Notes: generated by a model not told the origin, from the letters alone. DNA of 32,000 nucleotides from Candidatus Altimarinota bacterium (GCA_041659405.1 JBAZYK010000005.1:74283-106282), one strand, 5' to 3'. Shown: positions 16,507 through 28,305, numbered from the stretch's first letter. Made by a program: numbers and translations.

Positions 16507-17211
16507 ATGAATTTGATGACTAAAATTAAATTGCCTTATATAGCTGCCCTTTTCGCATTAATAAGCTTTTTATTTGCTTTGGGTATTTCATATAATAATA
16601 TTTTTCAAAATTCCAGTTGGTTTAACACACTCATAAATCCAATTTCTGCAGGAGATAAAAGCTCTATTACTCAAACCTCTTGGACTATTGCGGGATTTTT
16701 CCTTGCGGCTTTTGGATTAAGTGAATTGATAGAAAAGTTAAATCGAAAAATCGCTCCAGGATTCCTGATGGATAGATCTGAGAAAATACTTATAACGTTA
16801 AAATTGCCACCTGCCGTTTTTGATATCAGTTTTAGTGTTGTTAACCGGGGAAATAAATCGTTAAAGCCTGAGGATCATGTCTATTTCCAGTTGTTGATTC
16901 CTTCTGAAATATTTAAGGAGGTACTTTATATTAAATACAATGGTGAAGGTAATTTAATTGGACCACTAAAGAGAGAAAATTCCGTAAAAAATGGATATGT
17001 GACTATTGGTGGCATCATCAATGATGCCATTCACCCTAAAAGATGTATTGAGCAATTTAAGATTAAAATGTCTTTTTCTAAAATCGGGAAATATAAAATA
17101 TTATATTTTTTTAATACAGAGAATGGTTTTTATCCCAAAAAGTATAATGAAATAAATTTAACAGGTTTAGAGGAATTAGAAATAGATGTTGAAAATCAAC
17201 TTACTGATTAA
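16507..17211 (+). CDS. Predicted membrane protein (two N-terminal hydrophobic segments), unknown function
   Basis: LPYIAALFALISFLFALGISYNN and TSWTIAGFFLAAFGLSELI, then a soluble C-terminal region. Confidence 0.65.
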   Translation: MNLMTKIKLPYIAALFALISFLFALGISYNNIFQNSSWFNTLINPISAGDKSSITQTSWTIAGFFLAAFGLSELIEKLNRKIAPGFLMDRSEKILITLKLPPAVFDISFSVVNRGNKSLKPEDHVYFQLLIPSEIFKEVLYIKYNGEGNLIGPLKRENSVKNGYVTIGGIINDAIHPKRCIEQFKIKMSFSKIGKYKILYFFNTENGFYPKKYNEINLTGLEELEIDVENQLTD

Positions 17212-17219
17212 ATCTCCTT

Positions 17220-20138
17220 ATGCGCTTCAACGAACAATACACTGTCGAAAATTTTATTCTGGATTTCTTTCAGAAGCCTTTGGGTTATGAATATATTCCG
17301 CCGCAGAAGTTTGCCGCTTTTAGGCAGTTTGAAAATGAGTATGTTATTACTCCCCTTTTGCTTGATGCTGTTAAGAAAATCAATAAAATACATGATGATA
17401 CTGAAGCGCAAAATGTTGTCCGTGAGATTAAAAAGATTGATACAAATGAAGGTTTTTTGAATTTGATGCGGAATGGAATTAACCTGAAAGATCCCGCGCA
17501 GGCAGGTCGCATGCGCGATTATTTTGTGGTCGATTTTGAGAATCTAAAAAATAATCATTTTGTGGTTACAAATCAGTTTTATTTTGAGGGAAATGCGGAA
17601 AATATTCGTCCGGATATTTTGGTGTTTTTGAATGGCTTGCCGATTGCCGATATAGAGGCTAAAAGCCCTACTGCTGCCAATAATGTTAATTATGAAAAGG
17701 CCATTGATCAGCTGAAACGTTACGAGAAAAATGCCTGGAAACTTTTTTTGCCGAACTGTTTTAATGTTGCTACAGATGGCCTTAAAACTGTTTATGGTGC
17801 TACATATAGCCCTAAACAGCACTTTTTACAGTGGCGCGATGATGTATTAGCTCAGTTTTTTGGTGGTGAATTGGAAATGACTTTGGGGGCTCTATTCCAT
17901 AAAGAAAAACTGCTGGATATAATCAAGAATTTTATTCTGTTTGAAAAGGAAAAAGAGCGAACCACCAAAAAGATCTGTCGTTATCAACAATATCGGGCAA
18001 CCAACCTGATTGTGGATCGCGTAAAAGGCGCCGAAAAGAAGCGTGGGCTTATTTGGCACACCCAGGGCAGCGGCAAGAGCATTACGATGTTTTATACAGC
18101 CTGGAAGCTGCGTTTTGATCAACAACTAAAGAATCCAAAGATTTTTGTTTTGGTGGATCGCATTGATCTTGATGATCAGATTTATCAAACATTTACAAAC
18201 TGTGGAGGGGAAAACGTGGTGCGGGTGACTTCACGCAAGGATTTGGAAAGCAAAATTCGCTCACCGGAACGTGGTATTTTCATTTCAACAATTCAAAAAT
18301 TCAGCGAGCTTGAAGACGAAATTAAAAGTCTGGACCACAATACAATTGTCCTTTGCGATGAAGCCCATCGTGATAATGAAGGCGTTGCCGCAATTAACCT
18401 GCGTTCGGCGCTACAGAATGCTTTCTTTTTTGGGTTTACCGGAACTCCAATTGACAAAAAAACTCTCAATACTCATCGCAATTTTGGTGAAGAGGGCGAG
18501 CGTTATTTGGACTATTATTCCATTCAGCAAGCGATTGAAGATGGCACAACCCTGCCGGTAACTTTTGAAGCCCGTCTTTCCAAGTTTTTTATTGATGAAG
18601 AAAAAATTGATCAGCAGTTTGAAGAATTTGCCGCTGATTTAAGCGAAGAGCAAAAAACAAAACTTATTCAAAAATATGGCAAAAAAGCTTCATTGGTAAA
18701 GCTGGATAAGCGCATGGAAGCCATTGCGCAGGACATTGTTGAGCATTATAAGCTTTATGTGGAGCCAAATGGCTTTAAAGCGCAAATTGTTTGCGCAGAC
18801 CGTGAAGCCTGTGTGAAATATAAAAAACTTTTGGACAATTTGATTCCCGCAGATTGGTCGGCCATTATTTACTCTGCAGGCGATCCAAACAGTAGCAATG
18901 AAAGCGAAGAGGAGACAAAAAAATACAATACAACCAAGCCGGAAAGAGAAAGAATGATTGAAAATTTTAAAGATCGTGAAAATCCGTTACGATTTTTAAT
19001 TGTCTGCGACATGCTTTTGACTGGTTTTGATGCGCCAAATGAACAGGTAATGTATTTGGATAAGCCTTTGCGTGACCATAATTTGCTGCAGGCTATTGCG
19101 CGCACAAATCGGGTTTATCCTAATAAGGGTTGTGGGAAAATTATTGATTATTACGGAATCACCCGTAATTTGTATGCTGCGCTGGATTTTGATGAAAGCA
19201 TTGTCAGTTCAGCAATGTTGAATATTGATGAGTTTAAAAAGCGATTTACGGCTGTTTTAGACGAAGTTATGAAGCTATTTAATGGTTTCAACATTGAAGA
19301 TCCTTCTTTGGGGAATTTGCGCAGATGTTTGAAGGTTTTTGTTGATAATGCTGAACAGCAAAACTATTTCCGGACGTTATATACAGAATTAAAACAACTT
19401 TTTGAAATTTTATCTCCTGATCCTTTTTTGAAGGAGCATTTGCGTAAATTTGAATGGTTGACGAGTTTGTTTTTGGCTTTTACTAAAGAATTTGGAGAAC
19501 AAAATGGTGGCCATGAATTGGCGGAATATGGTGAGAAAATGAAGACTTTAATCCAGGAAAATGTTGATTATGAAGGCATTACCAAGAATTTCAGGGAAAT
19601 GCGCATTCATGACATGATGACTTTGCAAAAATTGGAAAAAATGGATGATGAGGAAAAATCTTTGTGCCTTGAAAAAATGTTAGCTCATGAAGTTAGAACA
19701 AATCTTGATTCAGCACCAATTTTTAAGACTTTCAGCGAGCGTCTGCGGACAATCAGGGAAGAATTTGAGAAAAATCAGATTGATTTAGCCGAACGAATCA
19801 AAAAATATTATGATTTGTTGAAGGATATTCAAAAAGCCGAAAAACGCGGGGAAGAGCTTGGCCTTGATCTGCGTGAATATGGTTTATTTGCGATTTCTGA
19901 GGAGTTTATTAAAATTGATCAATCCTTGCTTATCGCGTTTATAAAAGAAATGGCTAAGCGCTTATCTGAATTGTTAGACAAAAACTGGCAGGAATCTTCA
20001 AAAAAAGAAGAGTTTATTAAAGAAATTAAACGAATAATCCAGGAAATGGTTCTTAAAGAATATAAAGACCAGATTATTGTCCAGGATTTTCAAAAATATC
20101 TAAATCGTTTGATTGATGTGATCGTGAAAAAGTTCTAG
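17220..20138 (+). CDS. hsdR: Type I restriction endonuclease subunit R (HsdR)
   Basis: 972-aa ORF with nuclease-like DILVFLNGLPIADIEAKSP, Walker A HTQGSGKSITM, IVLCDEAHRDNEG, FGFTGTPIDKK, LIVCDMLLTGFDAPNEQVMYLDKPLRDHNLLQAIARTNRVY. Confidence 0.95.
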   Translation: MRFNEQYTVENFILDFFQKPLGYEYIPPQKFAAFRQFENEYVITPLLLDAVKKINKIHDDTEAQNVVREIKKIDTNEGFLNLMRNGINLKDPAQAGRMRDYFVVDFENLKNNHFVVTNQFYFEGNAENIRPDILVFLNGLPIADIEAKSPTAANNVNYEKAIDQLKRYEKNAWKLFLPNCFNVATDGLKTVYGATYSPKQHFLQWRDDVLAQFFGGELEMTLGALFHKEKLLDIIKNFILFEKEKERTTKKICRYQQYRATNLIVDRVKGAEKKRGLIWHTQGSGKSITMFYTAWKLRFDQQLKNPKIFVLVDRIDLDDQIYQTFTNCGGENVVRVTSRKDLESKIRSPERGIFISTIQKFSELEDEIKSLDHNTIVLCDEAHRDNEGVAAINLRSALQNAFFFGFTGTPIDKKTLNTHRNFGEEGERYLDYYSIQQAIEDGTTLPVTFEARLSKFFIDEEKIDQQFEEFAADLSEEQKTKLIQKYGKKASLVKLDKRMEAIAQDIVEHYKLYVEPNGFKAQIVCADREACVKYKKLLDNLIPADWSAIIYSAGDPNSSNESEEETKKYNTTKPERERMIENFKDRENPLRFLIVCDMLLTGFDAPNEQVMYLDKPLRDHNLLQAIARTNRVYPNKGCGKIIDYYGITRNLYAALDFDESIVSSAMLNIDEFKKRFTAVLDEVMKLFNGFNIEDPSLGNLRRCLKVFVDNAEQQNYFRTLYTELKQLFEILSPDPFLKEHLRKFEWLTSLFLAFTKEFGEQNGGHELAEYGEKMKTLIQENVDYEGITKNFREMRIHDMMTLQKLEKMDDEEKSLCLEKMLAHEVRTNLDSAPIFKTFSERLRTIREEFEKNQIDLAERIKKYYDLLKDIQKAEKRGEELGLDLREYGLFAISEEFIKIDQSLLIAFIKEMAKRLSELLDKNWQESSKKEEFIKEIKRIIQEMVLKEYKDQIIVQDFQKYLNRLIDVIVKKF

Positions 20139-20166
20139 ATTTTGAGTTTATTTGTTTCTTCGCAAA

Positions 20167-21075
20167 CTATTCAAGAATCTTTCTGACCGTCTTTAGATCA
20201 TCCAAATGCGTTTTGCCGTCTTTTTCCGGGGTTTCTAAAATGAGCGGGGTCTGATGTTTATGCGCATATTTGGCGATGGTTGCAAGGCCTTCCAGCCCCA
20301 TCATTCCATTGCCGATCATGCCGTCACCAATATTTTCGTGGCGATCCGTTTTGCTGCCACATTCTTTTTTGGCGTCGTTAAAATGAAAACACGAAACGGT
20401 TTTTAGGCCGATCGCCTCATCATAATCATGCAAAAACTTTTCGGCATTCGGTTGATCGCTAATATCATACCCTGCGCCCCAAACATGCGCTGTATCAATG
20501 CAGGAACGAATGCGCGGATTAAAGCCGTGCAAGCCTTTCCAGACCTGTGCAAGCTCTTCCAGTTTGTAGCCAATTTCACTTCCCTGTCCGGCGGTATTTT
20601 CTAAAATATATTCAAGACCGTTTGGTGCTGCGGAATTTTCAACTCCATCATAACCTGTGTGCGTTAATTTTTGAGTCTGATCAACAATATATTTGGCATT
20701 ATCGATCACGTTTTGAATGGCCTCAGGACGATCATTATCCAAAGATTTACCAATATGCACAATCACGCCTTTGCCGCCAAGCATGTGCAGCCTTTGGAAA
20801 TCAGTTAAAATATTTTGCTTCATCCAGGGTAAACTTTTTACGGATTTGGCAAAATTTAAAAGATATGCACTATGCGCGATCACATATTGAATTTTGTACT
20901 GCGCACACAACGCTTTAAAACTTTCGGCATCAGCAGGATCAATCGGCTTAACAATTCCTCCCCGGGGAGACTTGGTAAAAAGCTGCATGGCATTTGCCCC
21001 GAATTCTTGGCCGGTTTTGGCTGCAGCTTGGGCGAATCCGCCGGCGATGGACATGTGGGAACCTAAGATGAGCAT
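20167..21075 (-). CDS. nfo: Deoxyribonuclease IV (AP endonuclease IV)
   Basis: GSHMSIAGGFAQAAAKTGQEFGANAMQLFTKSPRG, IRSCIDTAHVWGAGYD, CFHFNDAKKECGSKTDRHENIGDGMIG, PLILETPE. Confidence 0.93.
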   Translation of the reverse strand: MLILGSHMSIAGGFAQAAAKTGQEFGANAMQLFTKSPRGGIVKPIDPADAESFKALCAQYKIQYVIAHSAYLLNFAKSVKSLPWMKQNILTDFQRLHMLGGKGVIVHIGKSLDNDRPEAIQNVIDNAKYIVDQTQKLTHTGYDGVENSAAPNGLEYILENTAGQGSEIGYKLEELAQVWKGLHGFNPRIRSCIDTAHVWGAGYDISDQPNAEKFLHDYDEAIGLKTVSCFHFNDAKKECGSKTDRHENIGDGMIGNGMMGLEGLATIAKYAHKHQTPLILETPEKDGKTHLDDLKTVRKILE

Positions 21076-21195
21076 GGTAAATTTTTAATTTGCAGGTGAG
21101 AAAATTGAGTGCGGGCCCTTAGTTTAGCGGCGAAGCTATTGACTCTTAACAAAAGATGTGTTTTAATTACACCCTTAATTTTAATCAAATATACC

Positions 21196-21420
21196 ATGGG
21201 AAAGTCACCTGAACAAAATGATGAATTAACAGCTGAAGTAGTCCAACCCGGCAATGGAAAACGCAAATTATCAGGAGCCGAATATAAAATTTTTCTTGGT
21301 GGAGCAGGCATTACGGATGCAGCTGCAGCAATTAGAGAGCTTGGTTTAAATGTTTGCTCTCCAATAAGTGAAGGTGATGAATGTGATGATGATGCTGACG
21401 CTTTTAGAGCCTGCGCTTAA
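21196..21420 (+). CDS. Small hypothetical protein, ~74 aa
   Basis: ORF track starts at 21109; internal ATG at 21196 gives MGKSPEQNDELTAEVVQPGNGKRKLSGAEYKIFLGG..., acidic/Cys-containing C-term. No family recognised. Confidence 0.45.
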   Translation: MGKSPEQNDELTAEVVQPGNGKRKLSGAEYKIFLGGAGITDAAAAIRELGLNVCSPISEGDECDDDADAFRACA

Positions 21421-21437
21421 TTTTATTTCGATTTTAA

Positions 21438-21875
21438 ATGGGAGCTGAAGAAGAATCGTACGATCGTACAATTTTAGATCATGTCCTAAAAGGAATGCTT
21501 AATTCACGTGGGGCTGATCTTCGCTTAAGAAAATCTGTTCAGAGCACAGCAACACTTTTTGCCGCAACGAATGCGCAGGAACTTTTCCGTAATCTTTTAC
21601 AATTAACAGAAGCTGAGGCGGGGCAAAACAAAGATACAATGCCACTTGTATGTGAAGGAAATCGATTGTGTGTTATGACATTAGAATCGGGAACTTGGAC
21701 TTGGAAGCTTGTTCCAGCAGGCATAGGAACATTGTTCAACATGCGGCAGAAAATTTTAGCAAAAGCGTCAACTGGAATCGCTTTGGAAGGAGCAAATCCC
21801 GATTTTTACAAAGCAATGGATGATGCTCTTAAGAGTGTGGCAAATTTAAGAATAAACGCTTTAAATTTAAAATAA
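21438..21875 (+). CDS. Hypothetical protein, 145 aa
   Basis: ORF MGAEEESYDRTILDHVLKGML...RINALNLK starting 17 nt after the previous stop; no family recognised. Confidence 0.5.
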   Translation: MGAEEESYDRTILDHVLKGMLNSRGADLRLRKSVQSTATLFAATNAQELFRNLLQLTEAEAGQNKDTMPLVCEGNRLCVMTLESGTWTWKLVPAGIGTLFNMRQKILAKASTGIALEGANPDFYKAMDDALKSVANLRINALNLK

Positions 21876-21934
21876 AGGCCCCTTGGAACCACTCCATGGA
21901 TAACAAAAAAATAGGAATTGCAAAAAAGATTCAA

Positions 21935-21963
21935 TTTACGTTGATGAGTTTTTAAGTTACAAT
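21935..21963 (+). promoter_or_regulatory. Putative promoter, TTTACG - 17 bp - TACAAT
   Basis: TTTACG 21935-21940, TACAAT 21958-21963, 28 nt before the ATG at 21992; identical hexamers and spacing upstream of dnaX. Confidence 0.35.
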
Positions 21964-21991
21964 CAAGCCATCTTTTTTGTGTTTCTTTTTA

Positions 21992-23083
21992 ATGAAAGTT
22001 GCTTTAGTCCACGATTTTTTGGTGAAGATGGGCGGTGCGGAAAGAGTGCTGAAAGTTTTTGCTGATCTTTATCCGGACGCGCCGATTTTTACGCTTCTGT
22101 ATGATGAAAAAGTCTGTGGCAAAACTTTTCCGGCTGCACGTGTAAGGCCTTCTTTTTTGCAGAAAGCTCCGGAATTTTTGCGCAAACGGCAGAAGTTTCT
22201 TTTTCCTTTAATGCCGCGCGCGATTGAGTCTTTTGATTTGAGTGATTACGATCTAGTTTTGAGTTCCAGCAATGCTTATGCTCATGGAATTTTGACTTCT
22301 TCGCAGACAAAACATATCTGTTATTGCCATTCTCCAATGCGCTATGCTTGGGATTATTCCAATGAATATTTGCAGGAACAAAATCTGACCGGAGTGAAGA
22401 AGTTTTTGATTGAGCGATTGATGTTAAAGGTCCGAATGTGGGATCAGCTTGCTGCGGATCGGGCAGATAACTATATTGCAAATTCGCACCATGTTCGCAA
22501 GAGAATTAAAAAATATTATCGTCAGGAAGCTGATGTTTTGTATCCTCCGGTGGACACGCACAGGTTTAAGGCTACACCAAAACATAAGGATTTTTATTTG
22601 ATTGTTTCGGCGATTCAACCGTTTAAAAGAATTGATTTGGCGGTGCAACTTTTTAATAAAATTGGAAAATATTTGATCGTGATTGGAACCGGTTCGCATC
22701 TGGAATATTTGAAGAGTGTGTCCGAACACAACATCGTTTTTATGGGTTATCAGGATGATAAAACGGTGACGGAATACATGCAGAATTGCCGCGGTTTTAT
22801 TTTTCCGGGTGAGGAAGATTTTGGAATTGCGCCGGTGGAAGCCATGGCCTGCGGCAAGCCGGTTTTGGCTTATGGCAGAGGCGGAGCGCTGGAAACAGTT
22901 ATTCCCGGAGTAACCGGTGAACATTTTTATCAGCCAACAATTGAATCAATGGAAGACGGCCTGGGCCGCATGATTGTGAATGAACCTCTGTACAATGCCG
23001 ACAAAATCCGCAAACACGCCCTGCAATTTTCGCAACAGAAATTTGAAGAGCAATTGAAGGAACTGATCCTAAAGAAGGCTTAA
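21992..23083 (+). CDS. Glycosyltransferase family 4 type protein
   Basis: MKVALVHDFLVKMGGAERVLKVFADLYPDAPIFTLLYD...FIFPGEEDFGIAPVEAMACGKPVLAYGRGGALETVI. ATG at 21992 preferred over 21977. Confidence 0.87.
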   Translation: MKVALVHDFLVKMGGAERVLKVFADLYPDAPIFTLLYDEKVCGKTFPAARVRPSFLQKAPEFLRKRQKFLFPLMPRAIESFDLSDYDLVLSSSNAYAHGILTSSQTKHICYCHSPMRYAWDYSNEYLQEQNLTGVKKFLIERLMLKVRMWDQLAADRADNYIANSHHVRKRIKKYYRQEADVLYPPVDTHRFKATPKHKDFYLIVSAIQPFKRIDLAVQLFNKIGKYLIVIGTGSHLEYLKSVSEHNIVFMGYQDDKTVTEYMQNCRGFIFPGEEDFGIAPVEAMACGKPVLAYGRGGALETVIPGVTGEHFYQPTIESMEDGLGRMIVNEPLYNADKIRKHALQFSQQKFEEQLKELILKKA

Positions 23084-23092
23084 TAATGCGAT

Positions 23093-24235
23093 CTAAATAG
23101 GAATATTCCGGGCGATTTCTGCCCTTGCTTCTTCTTGAATAAGCTTCTGTTTTCCACGCCTTGAAATAGTTCTAAGTACCTCCATAGGGCCCAAACCTTC
23201 AGTTAATAATTCTTCTATAGTTTTTAAAAGAAGATCGTAATCAGACTTGAGTTGTGCAACTTCTGGACCTTGCTTGATTTTGTAAGAAACGCCCCAGATA
23301 TTATGTTTACAGAAAGCTTCAGCTCCTGGTTCTGGTAATGGGGTAAAATCTAAAACAGATTTTTTATCAAAACCCAATAACAAACCAACTGCGTTTGTAA
23401 TTTCTTTTTTGTGCTGATTTGTATTCAATGAATTATTCAAACCGAGAGTTAACTTTATAATTTCTTCTGCTTGCATGGAGCTATTGATCCCTATGGCTTC
23501 AAAAATGTCTGGATTATCCTTTACTACTTTTTCTACAGCATTAGAATTAAAAATTATTCTTTCCCTGTCGATATCAGGAAATTCATCATAATTATACGGA
23601 ACTGCCTTAAAATCCGGGATTTCACTTTGTAATTGATTAAGTAAATTTTGGATACCTTCATTTATTTCAATAACTGTAGCCGGCTTTAAACCATCCAAAA
23701 CAGGTACAATAAATTCGTAATCACCTGTTAATGCATTCGCTGCTTCGTGTTCAATTGGTCTTTCATTTTCTGGATCTCTGAAATAAGTTACCAAGGCTCC
23801 ACGGATTTTGGCACTTCTCTTCTGTATGCCAGTATTACGAATTACAGGATATTCCGCTTTTGGCATTATATGGATAATTGCTCCATCTGGTGTTGTAACT
23901 TCCATGCATTCTTCGATACCACTTTCGCTGGGCGAAATATTTTCAAATTTATAACCTTCCAGATATTTTCTACGCTCAATGAGATCCGGTCTACAATTAA
24001 TATAAAATGGATTTATAACTAAATCATAAAAATAGCGAAAACAATCGATATCAACTAAAATAATCGATTGGTCATTATCGGCTACTTCGATTGGGGAAAT
24101 AGTAGTACGACTACCTTCTTTCCCTAGCATTGTCCAATTGAATAAATTAACATCTTCGCCAAAATGTTCTTGTAAAATTCCAGCAAGCTTTTGAACGGCT
24201 TTTTGATTTTCAAGTAATTCCGGGGGTTGATTCAT
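23093..24235 (-). CDS. Conserved-looking hypothetical protein, 380 aa
   Basis: Long ORF facing the glycosyltransferase gene with a 9-bp gap between stops; no family recognised from motifs. Confidence 0.6.
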   Translation of the reverse strand: MNQPPELLENQKAVQKLAGILQEHFGEDVNLFNWTMLGKEGSRTTISPIEVADNDQSIILVDIDCFRYFYDLVINPFYINCRPDLIERRKYLEGYKFENISPSESGIEECMEVTTPDGAIIHIMPKAEYPVIRNTGIQKRSAKIRGALVTYFRDPENERPIEHEAANALTGDYEFIVPVLDGLKPATVIEINEGIQNLLNQLQSEIPDFKAVPYNYDEFPDIDRERIIFNSNAVEKVVKDNPDIFEAIGINSSMQAEEIIKLTLGLNNSLNTNQHKKEITNAVGLLLGFDKKSVLDFTPLPEPGAEAFCKHNIWGVSYKIKQGPEVAQLKSDYDLLLKTIEELLTEGLGPMEVLRTISRRGKQKLIQEEARAEIARNIPI

Positions 24236-24277
24236 GATGATTTTATTAATTCTTTTTATTATATCATGAAATTCAAG

Positions 24278-24306
24278 TTTACGCTGGAGGATTGCTTTGC
24301 TACAAT
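24278..24306 (+). promoter_or_regulatory. Putative dnaX promoter, TTTACG - 17 bp - TACAAT
   Basis: TTTACG 24278-24283, spacer 24284-24300, TACAAT 24301-24306. Confidence 0.35.
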
Positions 24307-24371
24307 TGGGGCCCGAGCATTTTAAAAGTGCTTCCGGGCTTTCATTGGCTTATTATCAACAAATCTTTATC

Positions 24372-26072
24372 ATGTCACTCTATCGAAAATATCGTCCACA
24401 AAATTTTGCCAATTTGGTGGGGCAGGAACATGTCCGGACGACGATTATTAACGCTCTAACAAGCGGAAATGTGAATCATGCCTATCTTTTTACCGGTCCG
24501 CGTGGGACGGGGAAGACTTCAACGGCAAGACTGCTGGCTAAAGCGATCAACTGTGAAAATCTGCAAAAGACCAGGCAAGGTGACGCTGGAGATAGCGCAA
24601 ATAAGGGTTTGAGCAATTGGGTCGAACCGTGTGAAACTTGTGATATTTGTAAGGATATTACCGATGGCCGTCTGATCGATTTGATTGAAATTGATGCGGC
24701 AAGTAATCGTGGTATTGATGAAATTCGTGATCTGCGAGAGAAAATTCAGTTTTCGCCAACACGCGCGCGCAGCAAAGTGTACATTATAGATGAAGTCCAC
24801 ATGCTGACCAAAGAGGCGTTTAATGCCTTATTGAAGACCTTGGAAGAACCACCGTCTCATGTTTATTTTATTTTGGCGACGACGGAAGTTCACAAAATTC
24901 CGGAAACTATTTTAAGTCGCTGCCAGCGGTTTGATTTTAAGCGCATTGATGACAAAACTCTGCAGGATAGATTGGCTTTTATTGCTAAAGAAGAAAAGAT
25001 TGAAGCGGAAGAAGCGGCGCTGGAAATTATTGTGCGATCAGCTCAGGGAGGGCTTAGAGATGCGATTGGTTTATTGGAGCAACTCAATCAAAATGGAGTC
25101 CTTGCATTTAAACATGTGCAACAGGCTTTGGGCATTAGTGGAAAAATGAGTTTGGACAATCTTTATGAGAGTTTGAACAAGAAAAATGTTCAGGCTGGAT
25201 TGGCTGAGATCCATGCACTTTACACTGAAGGATACGATCTGAATCAGTTTAATAAAGATTTTCTGGAACTGCTTAGAAAGGAAATGTTGATAAGTGTTGA
25301 AGCCGGAAAAATTCAGGATACCGCCTGGATTTTAAAAATGATTGGCTATTTTCAGCAATCATATGAGCAAATGCGCTTTAGCACGATCCCGCAATTACCT
25401 TTGGAAGTTGCGATTATTCAGAGTTGTTTGGAGCTTGAAGCGGTCCAAGCTAAGTCTATAAATCTGTCAAAACCCGTTGCGGTTTCCGCTCCGCCAGCAG
25501 AGAAATCGGCGACTGTGGTAAAAGCTCAGGCCGTTGCGGCAAAAGTTGAACCAGCTGTGATAGCGATAGAGCGCAAACATCAGCCGATTGAGCCGATCGC
25601 AAAGCCGATTCAAACACCTGTACAAGCTCATGCTCAAGTGCCATCTGCGCAAGCGCAAGTACAAGCACCCGAGAAAGTAGCCACAACTCAGGCCCCAGTT
25701 TCACCTGTTGCAACTGCTGAAATCTCCACTCCTGCAAAAACGGTTTCATTATCTTTGGACGAAATCAAAAAACAGTGGAATCGTGTTGTTGATAAGCTTA
25801 AAAGCTCGATTGGAAAAAAGACGATTACTACCGGTCGAATTAAATCATTTGAAGGTAATGAATTAAGAATGAGTTTTCAAAGCCAATTTCATTTAAGCAA
25901 AATCAAAGAAAATACGGTAAGTATGGACATTGAAGAAGCGCTTTTAGCCGTGTTTCAGACACATTTGAAATTTGTGCCTGTTTTGGAAGATATGCCAAAA
26001 CTTTCCCAAGCGGAATCAGAAGAAGCTTCAAAATTGCTGGAAGTTTTTGGTGGCGAGTTGGTGCAAGACTAA
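24372..26072 (+). CDS. dnaX: DNA polymerase III subunit gamma/tau
   Basis: MSLYRKYRPQNFANLVGQEHVRTTIINAL...HAYLFTGPRGTGKTSTARLLAKAINC, CEPCETCDICKDI, KVYIIDEVHMLTKEAFNALLKTLEEPP. Start ATG at 24372, not 24297. Confidence 0.95.
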   Translation: MSLYRKYRPQNFANLVGQEHVRTTIINALTSGNVNHAYLFTGPRGTGKTSTARLLAKAINCENLQKTRQGDAGDSANKGLSNWVEPCETCDICKDITDGRLIDLIEIDAASNRGIDEIRDLREKIQFSPTRARSKVYIIDEVHMLTKEAFNALLKTLEEPPSHVYFILATTEVHKIPETILSRCQRFDFKRIDDKTLQDRLAFIAKEEKIEAEEAALEIIVRSAQGGLRDAIGLLEQLNQNGVLAFKHVQQALGISGKMSLDNLYESLNKKNVQAGLAEIHALYTEGYDLNQFNKDFLELLRKEMLISVEAGKIQDTAWILKMIGYFQQSYEQMRFSTIPQLPLEVAIIQSCLELEAVQAKSINLSKPVAVSAPPAEKSATVVKAQAVAAKVEPAVIAIERKHQPIEPIAKPIQTPVQAHAQVPSAQAQVQAPEKVATTQAPVSPVATAEISTPAKTVSLSLDEIKKQWNRVVDKLKSSIGKKTITTGRIKSFEGNELRMSFQSQFHLSKIKENTVSMDIEEALLAVFQTHLKFVPVLEDMPKLSQAESEEASKLLEVFGGELVQD

Positions 26073-26128
26073 AAAAACGCCGACTTGCGCGCGGAGTTGA
26101 TGTGGTTTATGCGCAGATTTAGCAATGG

Positions 26129-28162
<2,034 letters not shown>

Positions 28163-28258
28163 TTAGTGAAGTTTCAGGTCGTTTTAAGCTTTGCCGTTTG
28201 GGAAAAGCCTTACTGATCATATAAGCTTTCTTGGTTTTTGGCAATTAGCAGTGGTTTT

Positions 28259-28288
28259 TTGCCGGATTTTGTGCTAAAATGTTATGAT
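28259..28288 (+). promoter_or_regulatory. Putative promoter, TTGCCG - 18 bp - TATGAT
   Basis: TTGCCG 28259-28264, TATGAT 28283-28288, 17 nt before the ATG at 28306. Confidence 0.4.
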
Positions 28289-28305
28289 ATTTAAAGCAAA
28301 AACAG

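Noticed and set aside
22089-22924. Two overlapping minus-strand ORFs (130 aa and 166 aa)
   Set aside because: Fully antisense to a convincing glycosyltransferase gene; composition looks like shadow ORFs.
24301-24345. Possible small SRP RNA (scRNA/4.5S) upstream of dnaX, a location used in some bacteria
   Set aside because: Only a short hairpin is present; the conserved SRP domain IV pattern (GGTCAGG...GGAAG...AGCAGCC-like) is absent on both strands.
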